A stretch of DNA of 62,800 bases, counting the filler, from Aduncisulcus paluster (taxonomy: Eukaryota): the NCBI GenBank assembly GCA_024181965.1. It is 8 parts of 8 records of this genome, joined end to end, with 100 filler letters (N's around TTAATTAATTAA, not from the genome) between each part and the next. Parts side by side here need not be neighbours in the genome. Positions count along the whole stretch, not along the records: positions 1 to 28,930 come from BQXS01012324.1; 7 more parts are not named here. One strand, given 5' to 3'. The translations under genes were made by a program, and so were the position numbers. Shown here piece by piece: positions 1-12,200 of this stretch; within the stretch, counting starts at the first letter, position 1, and every line of letters begins with the position of its first letter. The notes beneath the pieces are model-generated. The model saw only the letters and a list, made by a program, of their open reading frames with translations. It did no database searches and was not told the DNA's origin.

Positions 1-1
1 T

Positions 2-367
2 TTATGTGACATTTATAGAGAAGGTGGTATTCCTGAACCCCCACACTGTTTTGTATGTGTATTAAGTACAACCGATCGAGATGAAATGGCTAGACTAATT
101 GGAAGCTCAAACAAATCTGCAAAATCCAGCAGTGATTTCATCGAATCGTCGTTTGTTGAGGAGAAACAGCCAAAGCCAAAACCCTCCAAAACAATGTCAG
201 ACAAAAGGGGCAAACTTAAAAAGAAAAGAAAGAATAATGGGATCGCAGGTGCATGTACATGTGCTGGGAAGTGTCTATATAAAAGTTGCCCCTGTGTCGC
301 AGCCAAAATGAAGTGTTCAAAGAACTGCCATCAGAAACCTAAGAATGCAACATGTAAAAATAAGTAA
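2..367 (+). CDS. 3' end of a gene with a terminal Cys/His-rich CXC-like motif (possibly a KRBA2/Gin-like integrase tail)
   Basis: Frame is open from the window start (LCDIYREGG...) to TAA at 365-367. It ends CTCAGKCLYKSCPCVAAKMKCSKNCHQKPKNATCKNK*, a C-x-C-x3-C-x4-C-x-C-x6-C-x3-CH..C-x-NK pattern. Confidence 0.55.
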   Translation, partial: LCDIYREGGIPEPPHCFVCVLSTTDRDEMARLIGSSNKSAKSSSDFIESSFVEEKQPKPKPSKTMSDKRGKLKKKRKNNGIAGACTCAGKCLYKSCPCVAAKMKCSKNCHQKPKNATCKNK

Positions 368-671
368 ATATCAATTAAATTCATAAATTAATGCATATTT
401 ATTTTTTTATTTATCAATATCATCAGTCAATGATTAGTTTCAGCCTACTCAATATGAAAAGGTATTTGGAGTGGAAGGATTAAGTTTTGAAGCATTAGAA
501 AACCTAAATAAACATATTTATATCATGACGGATAATAATTCTTTAATTTTAAAATGTCGGAATCCGCCATGTCGGAAATCGAATTCATCCGAATAAATAT
601 TTCTGCTTTTTTGCCCAGTAGCAGAAATCTTAAGTTTTTTCTTTGGTACTTAAGATAATTCAATAAGGGTC

Positions 672-2768
672 ATGGATGGTTTTTGTAAGTTTAATGAAAT
701 CTTAGACCCAAAAGAACTGTATAATCCAAAAATTGATTTAAAAAGTCCAAATGGTTTATATTTTGTATTTTTGGAGAAAAAGTCACCATTAAATACGAAT
801 ATATTTATATATGATTGTCAAAATCGCTCCTTATTGAAAGATAAAGCCTCTGGAAAAGAAATACATCAAGAAATTGTTATCAATTGTTCCAAGTTTCAAA
901 AAATGAAATTCTCCGCAGATTCTCGATTTGTCATAATTCAAATTTTTCAAAAACAACTGCTATCTTTTGTTGTTGTTGATTTGGAACTTGGTTTAAAACA
1001 TGAAATAATTCCGGAGTCTACTCCGACTGATATGTTTGCTATATCCGGAATAACTCCCCAAAAAGGGAGACAATCGGTATCAATATTATATTATTCCACT
1101 GATAATTTCGTAATTTGCCTCGATTTGTCAAATTCCATTCTTTGGAAAGAGCCACTGAAGGAAGTCACAGCTATTTGCGTCACTTGTCCACCGTTGTCAA
1201 CAATTTTGGTTGGAACAAAACGTGGATTGTACTATTTTGATAGTGATTCCCATAAGTTTGTTTATTTAGTACGTTTTAACACCTACATCAAACATTTGGT
1301 CCCTTCTCCAGCAAATCAGTACTTTATTGTATCCTCTCTCAAGGAAGGTGAGGATATATCCTCGGATACGTGGTATTCAGAAGAGAAAAAGAAGCGTCAT
1401 GCCTCGGCAAGTGAAATCGATGGTGTTTTATCACCTGATGATATTTCCAGCGTGATTGATGCTCCATTTTTGCTCCCAGAAAAGCAACCGTTGTACGTTG
1501 TGTCCATATTTTGTCTCTTTGCGAGGATTCATATGGATTTCTTCACAACGACGAGTGAACAATGTCCTGTTTTTTCCCCTAACGGAAGAGTGTTTGCCAC
1601 CTGCTCTTCTGACGATGTTCCGGTCATATTTTTGTATCATTCTCCAAGGTCTGAGTGTGAAAATGCATATTTTGATTATGTTTACTCTGCCTCTTCTTCA
1701 AAGTCAATGGGAATCATGGATTATAGCGGATCTTTCACTAACTTATCCATGTACTATTATCCTCTGTCAGATGGGAGTGGTACAAGTTTGGTAAGCTTTG
1801 AAACTCCACCAGTCCGTGAATGTGTAGTGTCTAACCCGTATTTGACCTCAATTGGTGATCTACTGAAGGACAATACGGGTCCCATATTGTCCACTTTTCT
1901 CCCCATTCGTGGCAAGGAATTCATGTACCTTCATTGCATGTTTAATTCCCAAGGAAAAGACTTTTGCCACTCTCTGATGTACATTGCTCCCTCGTGGGGT
2001 GAAATATACTTTTTCTTGCACAAGTTGGGCACCCACATGATTATTCTTCCTGGGAAATCGTTGGTCAAAGATACGACTCAGATGGTTAAGAAAATCGAGG
2101 GGAAGAAAGAGGAAGAGGAAGAGCGAGAAGAGTTGTCATTTTCTTCTTTTTTCTCAGCGAAGGTACATGAAATAGCAAGATGTTATCCGGAACCTAAGTA
2201 TTCAAGGGTCAAATTGGTATTGGAAACTATCGTTCACTCTTCATTGTATTTGATTGAGACACTACGGATTATGAATGGAAAGGGTGCTAATCATTTAACT
2301 CTAATCTCCAGTAACTCCCCTGTTAAAGGGAAACAGGAGCAAATGAATAGGAATGCCATCGACTTGATGAAGAGAAGAGAGATGAAAGGAAGAGGACAGA
2401 AAGAGAAAGAGGAAGAGGAAGAGGAAGAGGAAAGAAGAGCTAAAGTATATTATAAAGATATATCAAAAGAAAGAGGAAGAGGAAAAGGAAGAGCGTTTGC
2501 GGATTATGAACAAACATTGACCATGATTGAAAGCCCCGAACAGGATGTTATTCTTGAAGTTTGCATGGAATTCCAGCTTGAAATGTTATTTTCATGCGAT
2601 GAAGATAACGATGACCATAAAAGGCAATTAAAATCGAAGTTTGGGTTTATTACAAATATTGATGAAAGATATCATATATTCGGGGAGCAAGAGATGAGAG
2701 TTGGGCGAAAGAGAAGATATCATTCAAAAAATAGAGATATTGAATTATTCTTTGATGATTCGATGTAA
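672..2768 (+). CDS. Hypothetical protein, probable N-terminal beta-propeller (WD40/YVTN-like)
   Basis: 698-aa ORF with repeated beta-strand/turn motifs (SPNGLYF, FSADSRFV, PSPANQYF, FSPNGRVFAT) and a charged C-terminus. Confidence 0.6.
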   Translation: MDGFCKFNEILDPKELYNPKIDLKSPNGLYFVFLEKKSPLNTNIFIYDCQNRSLLKDKASGKEIHQEIVINCSKFQKMKFSADSRFVIIQIFQKQLLSFVVVDLELGLKHEIIPESTPTDMFAISGITPQKGRQSVSILYYSTDNFVICLDLSNSILWKEPLKEVTAICVTCPPLSTILVGTKRGLYYFDSDSHKFVYLVRFNTYIKHLVPSPANQYFIVSSLKEGEDISSDTWYSEEKKKRHASASEIDGVLSPDDISSVIDAPFLLPEKQPLYVVSIFCLFARIHMDFFTTTSEQCPVFSPNGRVFATCSSDDVPVIFLYHSPRSECENAYFDYVYSASSSKSMGIMDYSGSFTNLSMYYYPLSDGSGTSLVSFETPPVRECVVSNPYLTSIGDLLKDNTGPILSTFLPIRGKEFMYLHCMFNSQGKDFCHSLMYIAPSWGEIYFFLHKLGTHMIILPGKSLVKDTTQMVKKIEGKKEEEEEREELSFSSFFSAKVHEIARCYPEPKYSRVKLVLETIVHSSLYLIETLRIMNGKGANHLTLISSNSPVKGKQEQMNRNAIDLMKRREMKGRGQKEKEEEEEEEERRAKVYYKDISKERGRGKGRAFADYEQTLTMIESPEQDVILEVCMEFQLEMLFSCDEDNDDHKRQLKSKFGFITNIDERYHIFGEQEMRVGRKRRYHSKNRDIELFFDDSM

Positions 2769-3160
2769 TAATCATCAGTACATTTTATGATTTGCATAAA
2801 ATTATATAATAATTATTTGAATTTTATTTGTAATTGAATTTTGATTGTTATTTTCTATTTTCTCATTCTGTTTTCATTCTTGGATTACTGATTCGTACAA
2901 TTATTTATGTAATTATTCTATCGCATTGTTAGATATAGTACAGACTGTATTGCATATATTTCTTAATTCTTATTTTCAATTTTTGTTCTTATTTGTTTGA
3001 TATATCCTTATTTATGCTCATTTTGGGACAAGGTCTTTGACACTCCGATCTTTGTTGTTCAAAATAATCATTTTTTGGATCAGAATATGTTACAGAGAAA
3101 CAAACACAATGTGAACACACGTAATTACTCTTTATAATCATTTTATTTAACTAAATATCC

Positions 3161-4132
3161 TTAGACAAGCAATAAAGCGTTGACACAACCATCTCTGTCT
3201 GGATTATTCATAATCTGGGCGTATTTTCCCCATACAACCTTTCCACTTTGTGTAACTAGACCAAGATCGGCAACATTAACCTCGATGATACTTCCTTTGC
3301 TCAGAACTCCAAGAGTAGTGAAGAGTTGTGAGGAAGGATTCTTCACAACCTTAATAATATCCAAACAAAACGTAGTCTTCAGTTCGGGGTGAGTAACATG
3401 GGCTTTCTTAAACCGAAGAGCCGCAGGACGAATAAAACGCTCATATTTAGGTGGTTTTCTGACGAAACCGGGCCCAACAAAACAAGGTTGCGTAACCATA
3501 CGTTTCCATTGCTTTTTCTTCCTTTTACCGGTTCTAATTATTTGAAACATTTCTTGTTGGGTAATTGGCTTCACTTTTTGAATGGGAACATGCCATTTTC
3601 CGGTTCTTTCTTTCTTTTTTTGTTTCATCATATTACTAAGTACTTTCGACCGAGACTGACCTTCTCTATCCATCAAATATGCTGGAATAGCCCCCTCGGG
3701 AACAGCCTCAGGCATTTTTTTGCCTTTAGCTTCACGTTCTTGCAATCTATTAATGGCTTTTTTCATTTCAATCTTTTCTACTCTACGTTTACGATTATGA
3801 AGCTTGGCACGAATACCAAATGATTTTTGAGAAAATTTGGATTGTTCATGAACGGCTCTGGCAAGTTTCTTACGCCTTTTCGTTGATTGAAACAGAATTG
3901 AAAATTATGAGTGTATATTCATTAATAAACCAGGAAAACAGAAATAAAATTACATACTTTTTCTCGAAATGGTCATATCTATAACCATGGATCTTCTGAT
4001 GCCGCTCGACGTATTCGTTTTGGGGCTATGATTGAAATCAGGATATTTTAGAAAGTTGATGGGATAATAATAAGCAAATTACTTTATAAAAGGAATAATT
4101 ATGTGAAAATAGAGTGTGTTATTACATACCAT
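3161..4132 (-). CDS. NSA2: Ribosome biogenesis protein NSA2, 3 exons (4132-4130, 4025-3958, 3875-3161), 261 aa
   Basis: Spliced product [30 protein letters not shown]...[35 protein letters not shown]...GCVNALLLV. Introns 4129-4026 (GTATGT..TAG) and 3957-3876 (GTATGT..AAG) restore the frame. Confidence 0.95.
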
Positions 4133-4236
4133 ATTGAAATATCTGCACCAAAACAAAAACATCTATTGGCGAACAACTAGATCATGAGAACCCATCATCA
4201 ATGTATGTATCAACTANNNNNNNNNNNNNNNNNNNN

Positions 4237-4556
4237 AATTGAAAATTATGAGTGTATATTCATTAATAAACCAGGAAAACAGAAATAAAATTACATACTT
4301 TTTCTCGAAATGGTCATATCTATAACCATGTATCTTCTGATGCCGCTCGACGTATTCGTTTTGGGGCTATGATTGAAATCAGGATATTTTAGAAAGTTGA
4401 TGGGATAATAATAAGCAAATTACTTTATAAAAGGAATAATTATGTGAAAATAGAGTGTGTTATTACATACCATATTGAAATATCTGCACCAAAACAAAAA
4501 CATCGATTGGCGAACAACTAGATCATGAGAACCCATCATCAATGTATGTATCAACT
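4237..4556. repeat. Second copy of 3897-4217 across a short N gap (assembly/allelic overlap)
   Basis: Near-identical direct repeat on both sides of the N run, with about 2 single-base differences. Confidence 0.85.
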
Positions 4557-7500
4557 ATTTGAATTTATATATGACTTTTTTTATGTTTTATTTTTAAATA
4601 TTATTAATTTTTTTCTCTATTTCTGAATTTCCCTTCATATCATCTGAAAATAGCAAAAATATCTATTGATGATGAAGATTCTCATGAGTCAAGCTCAATT
4701 AAACCACTTTTTATATCAACAGAAAAGAGTGAGGATCTAAAACAGCCCAATATCATGCCGTCAAACCCTTTGGAAAATCCTGACGAATATCACGAGGAAA
4801 AGGAGGAATCAGAGGTTATTGAGAGTATTGATGGAGATTCGTCATCATCATATGTCCCTACTACTTCTCATAATAACACTAACTATGTCTTTGATCGAGA
4901 TCAAACTCAGGAAGATTTTACGGGATTTGAGATAAGTGATGAGAGTGAAAGTGAAAAAAGATCCTCATTTGATTCAAAAAAAGCAAAGCGAAATCCTGTG
5001 GAATTTTTAAAATCGCTCGTTATACTGAAGGGTAAAGATCGCCTTCAGAAGGAAAAAGAATCAAAAACTCGCCGTAAAAATGCCAAAATAGAAAAAGAAA
5101 AAGAGAAACAAGAAAGAGAATCTGTGATGGAACGTCATAAAAGAAATAAGGCTCAAAAAGAACTGAAACAGCTATATTTTTCACGAAATCAAACATTATT
5201 AGAATATTTCGATCGTATGATCCAATTTAATGAAGATAAATATACAAAATATTTTATTAGTACTTCTCAAAGTGTTTCTAACCCTAGCGTGATACCCAAG
5301 CGTTTTTTACTTGATAGGGGTAGCTCTCTCTCTTCCAAATTCATGATTTCGCCCATTCCCTCATTTTCAGACGATATATCTTGGCAGTTGATGCGGATAA
5401 CCATGCTTCGTTCCCTTCTGATCTGTTCTCCCAGGAGAGACGAGAGGGGACATCGAAAGGAGAGGAATGATGGGAGACGTGGATGGTCTTGGCGGATAGC
5501 CGCAAGAGGAATCACTGAGGCTGAGAATCGTTTTAAGAAGTATCTTGAACTGAATGTTGGATTTGGGGATGAAACTAGATTTCTGGTCCAGAGAGCGTAT
5601 GAAAATGAAAGTGCCAAGCTGAGAGAGCAAGAATGGGCATGCCATCAAGAAGATGAAGAGAATGATAAGAACACGCTCTCTGAATATTATTCCAAACTAT
5701 CTCTCTCGTTTCCTGATACCCACATGTGTTTGTGCAAACTTCTAAGCATTCGAGATGCTATATTATTTACTGCCAAGAGAAAGATGGAAAAGGAGAGAGA
5801 AATGGGAAGAAGAAGAAGAAGAAGAGGAAGAGGAAGAGGAAGAGGAAGAGGAAGAGAAAGTTTATTACCCGGATATATGCCATAGAGTGAGTCAAGAATC
5901 AAGTGAAACGGATGGAAGTGAGAGTGGGTATTCGCAGTCTGCTGATGAAAATCCCACACCAATACCAACTCAACAAAGAACTTTCTCAGAATCCAAATTT
6001 GAACTTGATATTGAACGGGACATACTTGTAAACCCTTCGAATTACAAAAACATTAAACAATTTAGAATATTTATGAACAAGATATGTAATGATATTGTTT
6101 CTCAAAGATCTATTTCCAGTCATCAACTCGATGGTATTCCTTCTAAATCTGATAGAATCGAAGAGAGCAAAGAATCTGAATTTTTTCGATTAAACTTGTC
6201 AGATCCATCCAATCCCAAAGAAAAAGAAAGAGTAAGGATAAGTTCAAGCATCTCATCAACATCACATATTGGATCTTCCATTTCTTCTCATGTGTTTCCA
6301 CACTCAATCGGTTCCCATCCAACCATCTCTTCTCTTCCACTTGATCCAATAATACAATCTGAAGAATATTCAATGGATACTGAAGACATTTCAAGTGATC
6401 CAACGGAGTCTTCCTCGGATATTATTCATAAGGAGAGGAAACAACGTGATGATCAAAGGATGTCTAGTAGTCTTCCAGAAGTCGTTAAAATCATAGAACT
6501 CTTCGTACAACAGGCAGAAGAGAAAGAGAAAGAAGAAGCTGAGACACAAGACGACAAACAAATTCAGAGAGAAGAAGGAGAAGAAAGGGCGAGTATTTGG
6601 AAACCTTGTCTACAATCCTCGTTGCAGAAAACTCCATCCTCAAAACAAATTGATCGAAAGAAAACAGAGAATGGATCGTTATTTTGTCATAAATCATTTC
6701 GTTTCTCTGTCCTTCCTTTCTTATTCTCCATCCCAAGTTCCATATCCTTAACCGATGTGACTGATTGTCTATGTCCCACATCCATGGTGAATGATGGGAT
6801 AATCGGAATGTATCAGCATTTGTGGTGGGCGTCGATATTCAATCAGAGCCACAAGTTTATTCACAATCCTTCTGATCTCTCCTCAATTCATGGACCATCA
6901 GATCCTTCCTATCGACAATATAAGGAGTTTATTCAGAAAGAGTGTATTTTTTTAATTCCACATTTCTTCAATCATATGATGAAATTCAATCAAAGGCTTC
7001 AGACAAACAGTTCACAATCCTCTGTTTCATCCACGGATGATAAAATCATCACTGGAAAGAGAAGATCAAGTAATGCACCGAACCGAGCTTTGGAATGGAA
7101 AAAGAAACGTCCATCGATTGCTTCATCTTCTTCTTCTTCAGCTGCTGAGAAGAGGAATAAGAAGAATTCCAGAAAAAAGGCATCCATACCTCGGTGCCCT
7201 CCCTTTGTTCGATATATTCTCCCCTGGCTTGGAAGACACCCTATTTTTTCCTCAGCTTTCTTGTTCATTCCGATTAACATCAGTGCACACTGGTTGCTAG
7301 CAGTGTGTGTAAATATCGGGTGTTATGTCAGATCTCATCTTGGAGAAAGGACTTTTGATAAATTGCAACAAAGATGGGGGAAATCAAAGAAGCATAGAAA
7401 AGGGAAGGATAAAGAAATTGATCAAAGTTACCAATCAGCAAATCCATCAGAATATACAAAAGATGATTCAACCAATCAACCTCTGTTGTATAATAAGAAA

Positions 7501-8925
7501 GTTCTTCCGCCATGTATTCTTTATTTTGATAGTCAAGGGTTTTCAACGCATCAACCTTGCATTGATTTGATTAGAAAAATGTTGACTGCTCTCTGTTCAT
7601 ATTACTTGGATCCAAGCTGGGAAGTTGATCATTCCCAGTCTAAATCCCCAGAAACTCAGAAGAAGGAAGCTCAGAACTCTTTAGGTTCGTCTGTGATATC
7701 ATCTTTGAGAATGGGATCTAAAACTTTATCGTCTTCTTCAATTCCAATTCCACCATCACAAAGTATTTCTTCTCAATCACTTTCATTGGTAATCAAGGAT
7801 AAATATGGTCGTGAAAGTGTTTCACAGGAAGAAATTAAGGAGATTGATGAGATTTTTGCTGATAAAGAAGAAGAGATTATCGAGATTACTCAAACGAGGA
7901 CTCAAGACAACCCTTCATCCAGCCAGCCTGAATATATTGCAACATGTCATCAACGAAAAGAATCAAGTGTATCTAAATCATCTATTCTTTCTCCGCACAT
8001 TTCCTCTCTCTTCTCAGAATCGAGCTATCCATGTGTAAATGTGCTTCTTGACCAAGGGATGCAACAAAATGGAGTTGATTGTGGCCTTTATGTCTGTGCA
8101 TTCATTCGATTATTACTAACGACGTGTGTATATATAAGTTCATCGAAGGAGGTATCAAGGAATCCTCTTCTCATTGATATTGATGGCGTGAAGGCAATTC
8201 CATTCCATTATCTCCTTACCAAACAATTTAATCCTCAAAAATATATCGAACAGATCTCTTCAAGCATCACCGCAGAACCGAAAATGTTGGCCCGAATGTT
8301 CAAATACTCGTATCAATTCTCCCTTGTGGAGAAACTTCGTGCAAGTACGCCCACTTTGTTATTTTCATATCCATTGTCATATCTTGATAAAAATGACAAG
8401 TATCTGGATTGTCCTCCGTATGAGATCAGTTCTCTGATTTTCAATGAATGCCTTCAAACTTGGAAGAAAAAGAAACTGGATCAATCCAAACATCGGGATT
8501 ATAGAGAAGAACAGTCTATTTTTAGATCAGTGTCAGAAAGATTTGTGGAAGGATCAAACAAATATTCAGTAATCAAAAATAACTATTTTGAACCTAATGT
8601 GGATAAGTTTCGTGAGTGGGTGATATCATGTGTTTTTAAGCAGGAATATGGATTTTCTGATGGTTTTCGCTCTTTAATATTTGAGTATTGGAAGTCCAAA
8701 TTCCCCTTTGAACATATTCACCTCGTCAATGAATGTGATCATCTTCGTTTGAATATCCTGAGGAAAGGCATGGGTCTTGAGTATCATATCTTGTTTACTC
8801 GTGCCGAATGTGTTGAATTATTGCTACAAAATGGAACTGCAATAGGAAGAGAAGACAATACAAAGATTATTGAAACAATTGAGACAAAAAATGGACAAAC
8901 TATGCAATTTGTTGATATTGAATAA
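4525..8925 (+). CDS. Ulp1/SENP-family (peptidase C48) SUMO/Ubl protease; one intron and one frame break
   Basis: Catalytic motifs FIPINISAHWLLAV, ILYFDSQG and QQNGVDCGLYVC. Exon 1 is 4525-4543 (MRTHHQ); intron 4544-4653 (GTATGT..TAG) leads in frame into ORF 4755-5885. Removing one G at 5804-5806 joins this to ORF 5755-8925. Confidence 0.8.
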
Positions 8926-9252
8926 AATTGGATACTCTGATGCTTTTCTATTGCCTGAATTAGGACAACACACTGGAATAAATGTGTAATTGAGAAGAAA
9001 GAGGGGAAATGGTTCTCACAACGAATGACAATGTTTCCAAGTTGAAAAATTTTTGTGCATCTTCGAATTTCATGAAATGTGACATTTTTTGTCATTTAAT
9101 GCTTGTTAATCTTATCAAGTTAACATTAAGACATAATTACAGGTTCTTGAGGAATTATAATGTGATTTATTATCTTTTTCAAGTGAGAAACCTCACAAAA
9201 AGTCGTATTGATTACAACTTGCCAATTATCAATGAAACCCAAAATATTACAA

Positions 9253-12200
9253 TCATTTCTTCTTCTTGAATGCCTTTTTAAGTAATTTTTTGCTCAATAC
9301 TTTCTTCTTTTCCCCAGGAATAGCTGTTGAGTCTCCACTACCAATTACTGCAGATGTTTCACCTCCACCAACACCCATAGCACTCACTCCAACGACTCCT
9401 TTCTTTCCCACGAACATATCAGAGAACTCAGTTGCAAGAAGTCGTTCCTCTGTCCTCTTTTCCATCTCTTTCTTTTCCCATAACCGGATAACCTTTGCAT
9501 ATGCATGCTTCATTGCTTTGGTCTTCATAGCAGCGTACATCTCTCGAGCAGGGGAAGGTGGTGGACGCAGTGTTGTGGCACTCTTTGCAGCCTCAGCAGC
9601 CAGAGTGGCCGATGTGGATGAATATGCAGGCCTCCAGCAATTAAAACAACTCTTGAACGCATCACTCTCCTCTCCCTCTCTCTCAACTCCAAACACATGG
9701 CTGCTATAGTTTTCATATCTTATGGATGACAATGGTCTCATCTTTAGCTGTTTTTCCTTACTCTCTCGATCTTTCAATTCCTTCTCTTTTTCCTTCTTGC
9801 TCGTGAAAAGTTTTGAAAAGAATCGTTGTCTCTTCTTCATTTCTTCCTCTTCCAACTGCTTCTTCCTCCTTTCTTGCGGTGTCATCCACTCAACTGGCTC
9901 ACCCCATCCCCTCTTTTCACCTTCACCCATGCCTTCATTGCAATACTTCATGGAAAGTGCACTGGCGGCGGCAACAAGGTTTCCTCGGCGTTTCCTGGCC
10001 TCCTCTCCAACCCACACAAATACTCCAGACCCACAATCCACAAGGACAACCGAGTATGTATTGAGAATGAAAGGGGAGGGATGGGGATGGAAGGTGTATG
10101 ATATGGAGGGGATAAATGGAGAAGAAGTGCCCGATGAAAGAGCAATCGAAGCCATTGACAGGCGCCCAGATGCAGCAAGAGCAGCAATGCTAGACCCACC
10201 TGATGATTTAGAAACCTCCGACGAATCCTTGTCTTGTGTCTTAGAAGTGAGATGAAGGGTGAAAATACGTGGAGGGAACAACGAATTGGCAGGGATAACA
10301 AGAGAGGTTGAAGGAGTCTCAGTAATTCCAGACATTGTCATTGACGAATGTCCAGTCGGCTTATCTTTCTTAAATCCGCCCATTCTTTGTGTTACAATAC
10401 ATCTAGTCTCAGAAGACACTGGTGCCGGGGGAACTAAACGTTTGGGACTTAAAGGAGATGAGGAAGGGATAACAAACTGCCCAATTCCACTTCCAGGCTC
10501 AGTTTCTTCCCACCATTCATCCATTTCTGACTCCCAATCACGAACATCAACACATACATCGAGAGTCTTGATAAAATCGACATGAGAGGCTTGATTGAGA
10601 TGTGAAAACAACATTAAACCAAACTCATTATGAGTGTAACATTCTTGGAGTTCTTGACGTCTGGGGACTCTAACATGCATGGGCAGAGTACCAGTCTTAA
10701 GGGTAAGGGTGGACCCATCTCCTATGCTTGCCTTATCCTTGGTTTCCTTTTCTCTTTCCTCTTCTTCTTCTTCTTCTTCCTGATTCAATTGAGGGTGAAG
10801 GATATTCTCAGCCAACCGAGACACTTCGGCTTGATCGGCATCATTTGCACAAACATACATGCATTTTGTGACACCCTCTCGATGACCCTGTGTGAGGAGG
10901 TAAGAGTGCTGGGAATAAAGTTGGGGGAGAGCGAGGGAAAGCACAGGAGAATATGAGATGTGGATAAGTTGAATCTCACGAGCACAGAGAGGAACATAAG
11001 GGGAATGAGTGAGTTGATACAACCTGAATACTCCTGAGTTGATACAACCTGAATCTTCCTTCTCCTCTCCCTCTTCTTCTCCCTCTTCTTCCTCTTGCAT
11101 CCATTCAACCTCTCCAACACGCTTGGCAGTGTCTTGAACAAACATGGCACTAGCTCCACCCATATACACAACCATCCTGCCCTTTAATGCAGTTGAAAAC
11201 ATCCAGCTCTCACAACCTTCCTCTTCAGTGTATTCAGTGAAAGCAAACGATTTCTTCTCAGCAATCGATCTGAATCTGGCCACAACACCCAATCTAGCTG
11301 CCAAGAGTGATGCAGCGCCAGCATTTGCACCTTTCCACACCCAGATTACAATATATCGCTTTTCTTCCATGATTTTAACCAGTACACACACATCATAGCT
11401 ATATAAATTACCAATATTACAACTATAGCACGTGGAATCAACTATCCTGAACTGAATGAGTTGGGAATCCTCCTCATCCTCGAATCCCCCAAGTTTCACA
11501 AGAGAACCGCTGGAGTATGAGTCAAGACTCTGTATATAATCGACTACACTAATAGGGCGATGCATATTAATGGTATCGACATCCTCGATATCGATCATGA
11601 CCCCATGGGTGGCAAGATCAGTATCATCAGAGAGAATTCGAGAAGTATAACCAGCACCTGAAGAACTGGCTTGCGATGTATTCAAAGCAAGTAATTGATC
11701 GAGATAAAACTCAGGAGAACAACTGATGTTTCTCATTACGTTCAAACGAACTCGAACATCGGAGAAACAGCTACAACGAGGACGAGGCCAGTGAGGGAAA
11801 AACCTATAGAAACAAGCAGGTTCAATGTATTCATGGGTTATGACAACAACTCCATTTCCTCTTCTTTGGGTCTTGACGAATTCAGATGCTTTTGCAACGG
11901 CATTGTGTACGGCCAGACCCGGTGCATTACGACCAATCCAGACGTACAAACACATTGAAGGTGTAATAACAAGACAGCAACTGTTGGAAGCAAAGTGATC
12001 ATGGAGGTTTGGACATGCCAAAGCCGGTGGATCAGACCCTTCTTCATCCTCACTAACCTCTCCAGACTCCTCAGGGCTTTCTTTCCCCTCCCCAACTTCT
12101 TCTTCTTTTCCCTCGACCTTTTCCTCTGATTTCTTGATCTCTTTTTCAACTATCTCAGGAAGCATATTAACGACTCTCTCCTCGTCTTCCCTGCCTTCCT

